A stretch of DNA of 63,514 bases, counting the filler, from Octopus bimaculoides (taxonomy: Eukaryota): the NCBI RefSeq assembly GCF_001194135.2. It is 5 parts of 4 records of this genome, joined end to end, with 100 filler letters (N's around TTAATTAATTAA, not from the genome) between each part and the next. Parts side by side here need not be neighbours in the genome. Positions count along the whole stretch, not along the records: positions 16,252 to 44,495 come from NC_068987.1; 4 more parts are not named here. One strand, given 5' to 3'. Positions 25,490 through 38,213 of this stretch are shown here, one piece after another. Position 1 is the stretch's first letter. Each line of letters starts with the position of its first letter. The position numbers and the translations under genes were made by a program. The notes below the pieces were generated by a model. It worked only from the letters and a program-made list of their open reading frames with translations. It was not told where the DNA came from and ran no database searches.

Positions 25490-25797
25490 CTCCACGCACC
25501 ATCTGTTTCCCGAAGATTTCACTTCACTTAAAGAAAATAAATTTTCCTTATGAAGACAAGCGTTGTCTACAACCTGATGAACATCATAGGTTTCAGGTCG
25601 GTAGTGCTCCGATGCACAGTCGAGTAAATTTCCCACAAGATCTTGAGCTTTATCTTATTTTATCGACCTTGAAACGAGAAACGCGACTCCAGCCGCGTTC
25701 GAACCTAAAACGTAATGGACCGCAAGTAAACAGAGAATTCCCCGTCTCCCCTTATTTACAATATGCAGAACCTGATTTAACATCGACAAATCAATAA
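25490..25797 (+). CDS. Candidate terminal host exon (about 102 codons, Tyr-containing, possibly a cytoplasmic tail)
   Basis: Acceptor GTGTTTTTAG, phase 1; open frame (A)PRTICFPK...VSPYLQYAEPDLTSTNQ ending TAATAA; non-repetitive and long for this AT-rich window. Confidence 0.3.
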
Positions 25798-25914
25798 TAA
25801 AATATTTTTTTGTATGTAAATGGATAACATGGATTCAATCAGTGTTTCTTATAGATGCCAGAGGAACAAACAGTAATGTTTAATATAATTAAAAGGTTCC
25901 AAAGCAGTGGGATG

Positions 25915-26105
25915 CCAGAATCGTTGGTACGCGAGGCAAAATGCTTTGCTTCATTCAGTTCGATTGCCTTTACGGTCTGAGTTGAAAGGTCGAGTTCGGC
26001 CTATATTCATCCTTTCAGAGTTGGTCATATATGTACCAGTTCTGTACTGGGGTCGATGTAACAGATTTACCCCCTCTCCCACTCGTTGGCGTTCTGCCCA
26101 AATGT
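25915..26105 (+). mobile_element. Diverged SINE family B copy
   Basis: GCAAAATGCTT..CTGAGTTG..TTCATCCTTTC..GTACCAGTT..CTGGGGTCGATGTAA. Confidence 0.6.
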
Positions 26106-26604
26106 GAAATCAATATAACTAAAATGATTTTAAGCCTTTTGAAACTAGTCCGACATTATGGCAAAGGATGATGAATCTTGCATATTCAATCTCTGTTTTC
26201 TCATGAATATATTATTTAATTTTTTTTTCTTTTTCTGGTGAGGGTCTAATGTTTTTTTTAGTTTAGGAATCTCTTTGATAGAAGTGAAATATAACGTATT
26301 ATTTTTACGTATAGAAGGACAGAAAATATGAGAGATGAAGCATTAAACTTGGAACCTGTGTAAATTCTGTGTGGTGCTGAGCCAATCAGTACAAAGCTTC
26401 TGAACTATAGTTCTATAGATCAGTCTTAATCTCAAATTTTGTGTACCAATGATCAGGTCCAATAACAGCCTCACTGATAAGCATATTGCACAAATGCGTT
26501 TAATGTAACCTCGAATCTGTAAGTAAAATTGAGTAGAGACAACCTATGTAGAATCGTATTCGATGGACTGTACTTGTATTCGACAGCCCCAGCCTTGTCA
26601 CACA

Positions 26605-26709
26605 CTCTCTGATTCTACTCTGATCCACTCTCTGATTCTACTCTGATCCACTCTCTGATTCTACTCTGATCCACTCTCTGATTCTACTCTGATCCACTCT
26701 CTGATTCTA
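26605..26709. repeat. 23-bp tandem repeat (CTCTCTGATTCTACTCTGATCCA), about 4.5 copies
   Basis: Directly visible and near perfect. Confidence 0.95.
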
Positions 26710-29399
26710 ATTCCGAATCACTATGCAGAGACACTATGCAGAGACACAAAGNNNNNNNNNNNNNNNNNNNNNNNNNNNNNNNNNNNNNNNNNNNNNNNNN
26801 NNNNNNNNNNNNNNNNNNNNNNNNNNNNNNNNNNNNNNNNNNNNNNNNNNNNNNNNNNNNNNNNNNNNNNNNNNNNNNNNNNNNNNNNNNNNNNNNNNNN
26901 NNNNNNNNNNNNNNNNNNNNNNNNNNNNNNNNNNNNNNNNNNNNNNNNNNNNNNNNNNNNNNNNNNNNNNNNNNNNNNNNNNNNNNNNNNNNNNNNNNNN
27001 NNNNNNNNNNNNNNNNNNNNNNNNNNNNNNNNNNNNNNNNNNNNNNNNNNNNNNNNNNNNNNNNNNNNNNNNNNNNNNNNNNNNNNNNNNNNNNNNNNNN
27101 NNNNNNNNNNNNNNNNNNNNNNNNNNNNNNNNNNNNNNNNNNNNNNNNNNNNNNNNNNNNNNNNNNNNNNNNNNNNNNNNNNNNNNNNNNNNNNNNNNNN
27201 NNNNNNNNNNNNNNNNNNNNNNNNNNNNNNNNNNNNNNNNNNNNNNNNNNNNNNNNNNNNNNNNNNNNNNNNNNNNNNNNNNNNNNNNNNNNNNNNNNNN
27301 NNNNNNNNNNNNNNNNNNNNNNNNNNNNNNNNNNNNNNNNNNNNNNNNNNNNNNNNNNNNNNNNNNNNNNNNNNNNNNNNNNNNNNNNNNNNNNNNNNNN
27401 NNNNNNNNNNNNNNNNNNNNNNNNNNNNNNNNNNNNNNNNNNNNNNNNNNNNNNNNNNNNNNNNNNNNNNNNNNNNNNNNNNNNNNNNNNNNNNNNNNNN
27501 NNNNNNNNNNNNNNNNCCCCCCACCGCACTCAGCCATTAACACATTAACAGAAGCACAAAGAAACATTAACACGGGAACAAAAATATTAGAAAGCAAGGC
27601 TAGCATAAAAGAAATGTTTCCATGGCTTCATATCTGTGTGTCGGCGCCGAGCTCCTGGGGTGTCATGTCTCATGTTGTTCGCAATTAAACACTAGTAATT
27701 TACTTAAGCAAATAATTTCCTCAACGTTGATTGCAATTAACAAAGTTTTATTTTTGCTTCTTCTTTTTTGTTGCAATATGTGTTTGTTTGCGTTCAATTA
27801 TGTGTCGTGTGTTTATGTGCATGTGTTTAAGTCTAGCTGGTTGTGTACGTATGAAAGGTCTATATTTATTAATAAATGTATGAGTTTGCGTATCTGTATA
27901 TGTGTATGTATAAATCTACATAATGTAAAGGATTATTATTATATCTGTCTGTGAATAAATGTGAATTCGTGTGTTTGCAAATGCGGGGGAAGGTGTGTAC
28001 GTGTGTAACGACTGTATCATTTGTATCTGTATGTGTGTTTCTTGATATCAAAGATGGAGAAACAGCCTCTACATTTGAATCTCATTTTCAACGTGTTGCA
28101 CGGTGTGTTTACGTTTATTTAAATATATATCTTTTAGCGGTTTATATACGCGCGCGCAAGTATGTGTGTGCTTTATTGTTTATTTGAGTGTGCGATTGTG
28201 TGTTTTCAGTCATTTCGGAAACATTTGGGTGTCCTTGTGGCTGTTTACTAAAGTCTGAGTTTCTATGCATATGTGTGTGTATATGTGTGTGCGCCTGTCT
28301 GCGCACCAGTGTGTGCGTGGTTTGTTTTAAGGCCCAAGTCTAGTTGAGGTTCTGCCAAGGCGCTCGATAGACAGCCAGCGCCTTCGGCTTCCGGTTGTGA
28401 AACATTAGTGTCCAAATATGGCGATTGATGTAGTTGTCTGAACAAGCTCTACAGCCTTAGAAAATTAGTTTGCCCGGAAGCGAAGCCGCAAATATTATTA
28501 AGCAAAAGACACATATATGCATACACACGTACTCATCACATTGACTCACATGACTTGCTTTATATANNNNNNNNNNNNNNNNNNNNNNNNNNNNNNNNNN
28601 NNNNNNNNNNNNNNNNNNNNNNNNNNNNNNNNNNNNNNNNNNNNNNNNNNNNNNNNNNNNNNNNNNNNNNNNNNNNNNNNNNNNNNNNNNNNNNNNNNNN
28701 NNNNNNNNNNNNNNNNNNNNNNNNNNNNNNNNNNNNNNNNNNNNNNNNNNNNNNNNNNNNNNNNNNNNNNNNNNNNNNNNNNNNNNNNNNNNNNNNNNNN
28801 NNNNNNNNNNNNNNNNNNNNNNNNNNNNNNNNNNNNNNNNNNNNNNNNNNNNNNNNNNNNNNNNNNNNNNNNNNNNNNNNNNNNNNNNNNNNNNNNNNNN
28901 NNNNNNNNNNNNNNNNNNNNNNNNNNNNNNNNNNNNNNNNNNNNNNNNNNNNNNNNNNNNNNNNNNNNNNNNNNNNNNNNNNNNNNNNNNNNNNNNNNNN
29001 NNNNNNNNNNNNNNNNNNNNNNNNNNNNNNNNNNNNNNNNNNNNNNNNNNNNNNNNNNNNNNNNNNNNNNNNNNNNNNNNNNNNNNNNNNNNNNNNNNNN
29101 NNNNNNNNNNNNNNNNNNNNNNNNNNNNNNNNNNNNNNNNNNNNNNNNNNNNNNNNNNNNNNNNNNNNNNNNNNNNNNNNNNNNNNNNNNNNNNNNNNNN
29201 NNNNNNNNNNNNNNNNNNNNNNNNNNNNNNNNNNNNNNNNNNNNNNNNNNNNNNNNNNNNNNNNNNNNNNNNNNNNNNNNNNNNNNNNNNNNNNNNNNNN
29301 NNNNNNNNNNNNNNNNNNNNNNNNNNNNNNNNNNNNNNNNNNNNNNNNNNNNNNNNNNNNNNNNNNNNNNNNNNNNNNNNNNNNNNNNNNNNNNNNNNN

Positions 29400-29467
<68 letters not shown>

Positions 29468-29771
29468 TGTAAATATAAACAGACACACATATCCGTCTAC
29501 TATAATAATACTCTTGTATTTTTCTCCGTCACAACGTATGAATGAGAAAGTAAAGGATGATAGATGATTAAGGAAGAAAGGTTTGATGGTAAACTGGTGG
29601 GATGATGAACATTCAACGACGAAAAGAAAAATCAACCAGCGTTTCTATTCTGTATGAGTATATATGTGTATATGTGTTCGTGTACAAGGGATGTACGTGG
29701 GTGTCTATGAATATTGACAGGTGTATTAATTTCGTTTACCCTTCATATTTATATATAAAATACTACAATTA

Positions 29772-29803
29772 GCCGTCATTTTTTACGGCACGGGGCTAGC
29801 TAG
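29772..29803 (+). mobile_element. Helitron-like 3' terminus
   Basis: Hairpin GCCGT...ACGGC followed by CTAG|T at 29800-29804. Confidence 0.45.
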
Positions 29804-30545
29804 TATACAGGGTCCGCCAAAAGTAACTACATATATTTATTTCAACATGATAAATGTAACATAGAAGAAATAAACTACTACAACACAGAAAGTAACGCAG
29901 GGTATTTTGTCAAAGTATTAGATAGACAGAAAGTGGTAGGCAGACAGCCTGTACCTTCTGCTTCTGTTTATGTGACATTAGTCTAACGAATCAGACTTCT
30001 TATCCATATCGTAATGCAGATTAGAAATGACGATTATCAAGTCGGTCAATGATAGATAAATTTAGTAATATACATATAAGGGGTTTTCGTTGATGAGCGG
30101 GATAAAGATGGGGAGTTATAGCATGAACAAATATATTAAAATTGAAATCAATATCAATTTATATCAAACGGATAAAAACAATCTAATTCACTAGATCAGA
30201 GAATAAAGAATATTGATGGCAAGGAAAAAGATAGGAACCATTGCAATATGCTATATTGGAAATGGTAAATGAAATTGTAACGAATTGTATAAAGAATATC
30301 TTTTGCAGAAAAGGAGAATTAACAGGAAAAAGTGAATGGGGTAAATGTTCTATAGAGATTGAATTGGCATTGAAATGTAATATATATATATATATATANN
30401 NNNNNNNNNNNNNNNNNNNNNNNNNNNNNNNNNNNNNNNNNNNNNNNNNNNNNNNNNNNNNNNNNNNNNNNNNNNNNNNNNNNNNNNNNNNNNNNNNNNN
30501 NNNNNNNNNNNNNNNNNNNNNNNNNNNNNNNNNNNNNNNNNNNNN

Positions 30546-30585
<40 letters not shown>

Positions 30586-31829
30586 AAAGAGAATGCGACA
30601 AGGAAATGGATAAGGTGTTATATGAGTAGAGATATATACATTGAAGTTCAAGAAGTGTAGTAGTTAAGAATACGACTAATAAAAATTTTGAAGTATTATA
30701 ATGGATAAATGGATAATATTAATTACAAAATATCGAATTAAAACTGTAATAAAAAATTGTTATATAGACTAAGAAAAAAAGTTAAATACATGAAAAGTTA
30801 TGAAGAACAGAAATGTAGATAAGATAAGAATCAAGTTTCATATATAAATACAATTTTAAAGGGAATAACATTTAATTATGTTCAATACGATTGAATAAAA
30901 TACAATAAGAATAGTTAATTATAGTTCAGTTTTAAGGTAAAACAGTGCATAGCGAATTAAAGTAATGATTAAGATCACAAGGATGATTAGATTAAAGAAT
31001 TAAAGTAGGAATTTAAACAGTGATATAGAGTGTGAGAACATGGATTTAACAACTAATTTTCAGGGTTAAAGTAAATATTGAAGTTAGAAAGAAGTGATAG
31101 TCGATGAATGCAGGTGTTAAGGTTATTTGAAAGGAACGAAAAATCGAGGAAGCTTTAAGAATAAAATATTATGACATTTAAAAGACACCTAAATTCATTC
31201 GGATTTTGAACCGAAATTTGGGTATTTTCAGCCATTCTTCTTCAAGTACAATCTACTTTAGATTTTAAAACGTCAATGGCGGAAAGATGCGGCTCCTCAT
31301 TTGTTGCTTCAGAATGAACCATAAGTGTTCAATTTCAGTGAAATCTGGTGACTGTGCGTGCCAACTTACATGGACTACTTCACTTCTCTGCTTCTGTTTG
31401 TACTAAATATAAATAAGATTAATTGCGACTGCTATCACGGAAAAGTTTTTGTGCCAGATGATCAGCCAAAATACTCAGATAATCATTGACATTAACATCG
31501 CCATGTACAAAAACTAAAGAGCGAAGGGGATTTCATGATATGGCTCAAATCATTACTCAGCCACATTCGTACATCATGGTAGGAGCCAAATACTCAAGCT
31601 TCAATTTACCTTTACGCTGTCTCAAGGCATACACTCATTTCAAAATGGAAACACAGTCAATGACGATTTATCAGTGATAAAATTATTGCATACAACCATA
31701 GAACACTTGTTATAATATAGTCACCATTTTTTCCGCTTATCAACATTGGAGGAGTAGATATTTAACAATTACATCTGTCCCGTATTATCCAGTTATATGG
31801 AATTCAAGAGGGAACAGTTTTGGTTAACA

Positions 31830-32160
31830 CAAGGTTGACAGGATGGTAGTTAAGTCCTGCTGTTACTGACGCTGGCGTTGATCGATGGATTTTAGTCACG
31901 ACATTTTCTTTATACTGCGGTCCTTCTCTGTAAACTTTGACTTCCGTCGAGAATTATACTTGCCAGGGCTGTTCCTACCTTCGTTTTTGAAAGGCAACAT
32001 GATTTCAGAATCTGTACCACTCGAACCTTTAAGTAATTCGGCAGTTTTGAAAAATGAAGCACCAGCCATTCACGCTCCAATAACGTCTCCTTTATGGAAA
32101 TCAGACAAGTCACACATTTTATCTTTCTTAAATATAAATATCTGCAAACACAGGAATAAT
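31830..32160 (-). mobile_element. Tc1-like transposase N-terminal (paired/HTH) remnant
   Basis: Minus strand MCDLSDFHKGDVIGA*MAGASFFKTAELL...SRRKSKFTEKDR. Confidence 0.7.
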
Positions 32161-32249
32161 AATTGGAACAGTAGAAATTTAACTCCAGTATTTCAGTGAG
32201 CCATTATATTACGAATATCCACCCAAATTCCATTGTGAGTGCTTTTTTT

Positions 32250-32670
32250 TTTTTGTATTGTAGATGGTTTTATTTATCTAATTTAATGATTGCTTCTATT
32301 TCTTTTTCAGGTCGCAGTATAAATCAACCTAAGATGCCTGATCTCACTGAGCTCGAAAAAGGCAAACTGTTAGAGCTCGAATGGCAGGAGCCTCCGGCAC
32401 CAGAACAGCTGAACTCCTTGGTTTTTCGAGAGCTACCATATCAAGGACCATGACTGAATTTGAGAAGGTGCGCAACACCTTCAGCCAGAGGAGTAAGTCT
32501 GCCAGGACTTCGAAGCTGACGAGTGTTAAATCGCACTCGGAAAACGAAAAATCACCGGACAACTGCAACTAAAATGATTACAGAATTGAATCAACATCTG
32601 ACCAGCCTAGTTTCGACCAAAACTGTTTGCTGTCAGCTCAATAAAGCCGAATAAAATGGAAGAGCCATAC
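32250..32670 (+). mobile_element. Tc1-like transposase N-terminal remnant
   Basis: MPDLTELEKG / MAGASGTRTAELLGFSRATISRTMTEFEK..RTSKLT / RTTATKMITELNQHLTSLVSTKTV; frameshifted. Confidence 0.8.
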
Positions 32671-32817
32671 ATTTATACATCCCATCCACACCACCCTAAA
32701 ATGTAATATGTGCTGTGATGAGCTGCTGTGGTCTGGATAAGACTTTCGGTGTGAAAAGTGACAAGGTTGTTATGGGCCCATAAGAGGATGCTATTAATGC
32801 CTACAATGAAGTGATGT

Positions 32818-32871
<54 letters not shown>

Positions 32872-33517
32872 GCATTATATGGGTTTATAGATTCATTATA
32901 TGGGTTTATAGTTTTACAGGTTTCAGTCATTGGACTGCGGCCATGCTTCAACGCCTATTTAGGTGTATTAGCCGGTCACATAACGCCAGTAATTGCTTCA
33001 GTCAAGCATTTACTTTATAATTCTGCGTTTGTAAAATCGCTAAATTACGCTTGTCGCCCAAAAACCGGTTTTTTGCATAGACCAAGCATAGAAATACATA
33101 CATACATACATACATACATACATACATAATCATTTAACGCACACATTCAGTGCTGGCCTGAATTGGGTGGATTGTCAGTGTACGATGATTTGGAAGTCTG
33201 AGTCGTCCTCCAAAATATTTTGTCATGATTACTGCGTCTCGTGTTCTTGCTCACGCTAGCAACTCTACGGGCGTATGCTGAGTCCTTTATTTGTGCCACC
33301 AGCAGTGATTATGTTGCCATACGCTCAGCAAGACTAAGGTTCACTTTGGTTGTTTACAGCTAAAGTAGAAGAAGTAGCCTAATGTTAGGGAATGGTAGTG
33401 TTAACATATGAAATAAGGGGCCAAAACAGAACTGGCTAATTGCCGTAGGAGAACCACAGAAACTACTCACAGTATAGAATAGAGAGTAGGTGTGTTGGGA
33501 GAGAGATTAGAAATAAT

Positions 33518-33556
<39 letters not shown>

Positions 33557-33558
33557 AC

Positions 33559-33613
<55 letters not shown>

Positions 33614-33699
33614 TCTTACTATATTTTTCACTGGGCCAGCCTTTTTTGAAAGCAACGGAAAGTTAATTGCACCAATCCAAGATCTCTCAACGAGTATTT

Positions 33700-33990
33700 A
33701 TTTTCGCAATTTCCAAAAGCGTGAAAGGCACATTTGTTACCCAGATCGTAAAGAGAGGGGAGAAGTGCCACTGAATATTTTTCCCGACGTGCGAGCAATT
33801 TTGCAAGCTAATCATCTTTATAGGTCTTTTTTAATTCTAGCACAAGATCAGTAGTTTTGAGTAGAACGAGCAAGTCAATTACATCGACCACATTGTTTAT
33901 CTAGTACTCTAATTTATGAAAGCCAAAGTTAACCTCACTGGCATTTGAACTCAGAAAATAATGTGTTGCAAGAGACGCCGCTCAGCATTT
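33700..33990 (-). mobile_element. Two tandem degenerate SINE family B copies
   Basis: TTTTCCCGACGTGCGAGCAATTTTGCAAGCT and GGCATTTGAACTCAGAA are reverse complements of family B segments. Confidence 0.5.
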
Positions 33991-34439
33991 ACATAGATCA
34001 GTACTGAGAATGAATCATAGATAAGTGGGAAATGGTTCCACGTACTAAGATGGGTAAATGGTATCAGGATGAAGGTGAACTTTTCAGTTCTATTCATATT
34101 TATGGCAGTACAATAGTGCATTTAGAGAGACGATGATTGGTTTGTTATTAGGAAGAGATTCCACGGGTGGAGAGCTGTGAATATATATGTGTCAGTGTGT
34201 GCATGATTTAGTGTATGAGTGTGTATATGCTTGCGTGCTTGTGTTACTTTGTTTTATCCTGCAGATGGACAACTTGGATGTTAAAATAAATTGAAAATAT
34301 TTAAATCTGTGATATTTTGTAATATAATTTAAGTTTTCTTTTTTCATAATTCTAATTTATTTCTAACTTGAATAAGTAGTTTTATGTGTTATTGCATTCC
34401 TTCATATTACAGAGATTTTAGATTTATATTATAGCTCAT

Positions 34440-35050
34440 TAATTTCACAACATGTCAGACCTTGTTGCCAAGAAGAAAAATCTCTTCAACTTTCCCATGA
34501 ATGAAATTTCTCTTTATTCTTTCGATCGCTAATGAGACAAGATCTATGCGTTCGCTATTTGAAAAGACATTCAGAGATGTTGCAATAATGTTTTCGAATA
34601 TGAAAGACCACCTTGTGAGAATACACTTAGATAAGGAAAACAAAGATCTTCCATTTGAAAGAATGGTTTGGAAAGCATCCAACCTTACTATCATTTCAAG
34701 TTCACGTGCTGTCATTGAAGGGGAAATGAAGGACCCTTTATAATATATCCTTGAACTTAGCTAAAAAAGAAATATCCCATACAGTTGGAGAGGATATTAT
34801 TTTACAATTCCTAAAGAAAGTCGTAGAAACCGTATTGACGAAGGACACTGAACTTACATCGAAGTTTGTGCCACTGTGTAAGAATACTGTACAACGTCGC
34901 ATTGATGGAGATTGCACAAGATTTTCAATGCGATGAAAATTTCAAAATTCAAACAGCGTATATTTTATATTCCGCTAGACGAGGAAACGTTTCGAAGTTC
35001 TAACAGCCAATGTACATTTTTGTAGTTCCGGTAGAATATGCAATGTTGGT
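34440..35050 (+). mobile_element. hAT (Buster/SPIN, ZBED5-like) transposase remnant
   Basis: AKKEISHTVGEDII..VPLCKNTVQRRID resembles AK-KKPHTIGEELILP..IPLSNNTV-RRI; IPLDEET at the first catalytic D; upstream MKDHLVRIHLDK resembles the BED-finger region. Confidence 0.7.
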
Positions 35051-35149
35051 GAGAAAATATACTTCTCTCAATAATATCACGTGAGTTCTTATTGAAAAGC
35101 TATGTGGATTCAGAAGTGAAATACCAAATATTATTAAGGGTTCCATTCG

Positions 35150-35990
35150 AGAACGGAGTCAAATAAGGATATACTATCCGTCTACACCTCTATCCTGCGT
35201 ACCTCGAAACAGTCATCGGAGACATTGATTGGAAAGGTGGCGTCAAATGCAACGACGCGCTATTAGCATACCTACAATTTTCAGACATTACATGCGCATG
35301 ACAGAAACCTCGGATGAGCTGCAGATTCTGCTGGCAGACCTGAGCAAGCACCAGTCAGAAGTTGGTCTTAAAAGAAACCGCATGAAAACAAAATACGTAG
35401 TATTCGATAACGGAGCGCACGACCTAGTAGTGATGAAATGCAATGGAACTAACGCAGAAGAGTACATCTACTGAAGACAGAAAATAAACAGGCAGTGAGA
35501 CATGAACGTTGACATCTCTCGTAGAATAAAGGCAGTGAGGAAAAGCGTTTGCCTGTATTAAAGATGTACTTAAATCACAGTAGAACAAGTCCCTGCTTAC
35601 CATTCTCTTCAATAGCTGCGCCTTATCTGCGCTCGTATACGCAAGCGCGACTACGAAGAAAGAAGAATACTTTCTGGCTACTACAAAGAAGGCAATGGAA
35701 TGATCCATGTCGGGAATATTACTAAGGGAGCTGATCCAAAATAAAGAAATGCGAGGATGGAGTGGTTGGGGGGGGGGGCACTATGAACTAAGAATACCGG
35801 AAACGGAGATTCCACTGAGCAGGACTTGTCAGAAGGCTCAGGGGCAACTGATGGTCCCGTACATTTATGGAGTGCTAGTCAAAAGATCAGTAAAGACTTC
35901 TGAGGACGCTAATACAACTAAAGAGATGAGATGGTAACGAAAAGAAATTTGGTTTAAACAGAAAAAAGGGAGTAATCAAGGAAATTATGG
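35150..35990 (+). mobile_element. RTE LINE RT/C-terminal remnant
   Basis: GVK*GYTI (GVRQG motif), LAYLQFSDI (LRFADD), EVGLKRNRMKTKYV, EEYIY, DISRRIK; many stops. Confidence 0.65.
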
Positions 35991-36639
35991 AACTGCTTTG
36001 TGACTGATGAAAATAGAGTTAAACAGCTTCTACATACTGAAGTAAGGTGATTACCCTAGGGGAGTAGCTTAGGATACTGAACGTTTTGACTGGATGTTGG
36101 TCTAAATGGTGTATTCCCCAGATAAGGAACTGCAGCAACGTATAAATAAGCTGTTTTATTTAACTGAATTATTTTCCATATATAATATAGTGCGAAACGA
36201 ATACAGAGTACTGATATCAGTATAATTAAATTTTAAGCATTTATTTAGGACCTCAAGTAAATATTGATTTATATAAACCACCGTCATGTCGAGGTAATTT
36301 TCTATATTCCTCGAAATTTTCGAAGCTGGGACATTTCGCCCGGCGCTCTAACGATTCTGCCAGCTAGCCGCCTTAAGACATACAAATATTGAAAGTAACT
36401 TCATAGAGATTAAGTAAGACAAAATTAAATAAAAGGCCAAAGAATTGTCAAATATAAAGGCTTTTAGTGACTTTTAGAACAAGGGAATCATTGGAGTCTA
36501 ATATCAAAATCTTAGGGCAGTTGCTGAAACATTTTTAGAATTTTGCACATGGGTAACGCTGGATTTAATCGATCTAATCGACTGACCCTCTGCCCCAAAA
36601 TTTAGGCCCTTGTGCTATAGTAGAAAAGAATATCTATAT

Positions 36640-37020
36640 GGGCAAATGATTACCGTTATTTGTTTTCGTTTTGAGTTCAAATTCCACCGAAGTCGACTTC
36701 GCCTTTCATTCTTTCGGAGTCGATAAATTAGTACCAGTTGAGTACTAGGGTCGGTATAATCGACTTACTGAGCACCCACCCATCCCCTAAAAAACTGCTG
36801 GCCATGTGCCAAAATTTGAAACTAATATTTTATGGGCAACATGCTTATCAGCATTTAGTCCGTCATTATGTTCTAAGTTCAAATTCCGCCGACGTCGACT
36901 TTGCCTTTCATACTTTTTTGTCGATAATATAAGTAAGTACCAGTTGTGTACTGGTTAGACGTAATCGATTACACCATCCACTGAAATTGCTGGTCTTGTG
37001 CAAAAAGTTGGAACCAATGC
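36640..37020 (+). mobile_element. Two tandem SINE family B copies (an inverted fragment lies at 36290-36370)
   Basis: GAGTTCAAATTCCACCGAAGTCGACTTCGCC and AAGTTCAAATTCCGCCGACGTCGACTTTGCC, each followed by AGTACCAGTTG. Confidence 0.75.
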
Positions 37021-38170
37021 TTTCAGTTAAAATGTGTTTTATCATCTTGTTATTTATCTTTGTTGTACTAGATAGGGTAATCATGCCTTATCTTATTTTT
37101 GTTTCTGATTTTGGTTCTCTGAATTTTCTTGTTAAATCTACTACGCCTTGCCAGGTATTAGATTTTATATTAATTCTGAATGAAGCCTTTTTACCCGCAA
37201 ATTCCAATCCTATAATATTTATTTTCTATTCAGAAATCATTAAACTATAAATATGAAAGACAAATTATTTTGTTTTAAAATACAAAAGTGTTTACTGGAA
37301 GATTACGCTTATTTTGCAATCTCGGCGGTAATTGTGGTAAATTTTTTAAAAAAGTATGACTTTTCTGTTTACATTCAAGAAATCAAACAATTATCGATAC
37401 TTTTGTATCAGCGATCTTTTAAGTTTATAACTGATAAATATTCGATTTTGTTAGAAAATAATATGTGAGATAAGATTTGGGGATACGCGTTTTATCTTTG
37501 TCAACGTTACTCATTATCAACGACAACGGATATTAAATTATTTCCCTTTGATTTCTAACTATTGACGATGCTAGCATTCGACACGTTCACCTATCGTATT
37601 TGGTTGCCGTCAGGAAAAAAGAAAATGGTTCTTTAATGAGATTTCAAATACTATATATCATTTTTATTACTTAAAATAGGTTATCATCGATAGTAAATTG
37701 ATTTTCTGAACGTAAACCCTCTTTTGATTTCACTTCAGTAAACTTGGAGATTATACAGTGCGTGGGTGCCGTTGTATTTGAATATTGATCGGGTCACTTC
37801 CCTTAGTTTCAGTAGTCAGTGGCGGACAGACAAGCAGATGGAAAAAAGAAAGAGGAAAGAGAAAGAGAAAACCAGAGAGGAAGAGAAAATAGGGATAGAG
37901 GAGAGAAGAAGGAGGACCCAATATTGCATTCAAAATGGACAAACTGCAAAATTTATACACAAAACACTCAGTGTTAATCGAATTTATGCACACATACGCG
38001 CATACATGCACACATCACGCATGCGCGCGCGCACAGACACACACACACACACAAACAAACACACACACCCATACGCTCACACACACCACATGCATTCTTG
38101 AAACATCGTGGCACAGTCATATTCACACACACTACACACACATACACACATACACACAATACATATATTC

Positions 38171-38213
<43 letters not shown>

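Noticed and set aside
25568-25600. Other CTGATGA hits (about 985, 25567, 36004, 39609)
   Set aside because: No stem II followed by GAAA and an NUH site, so these are not hammerheads.
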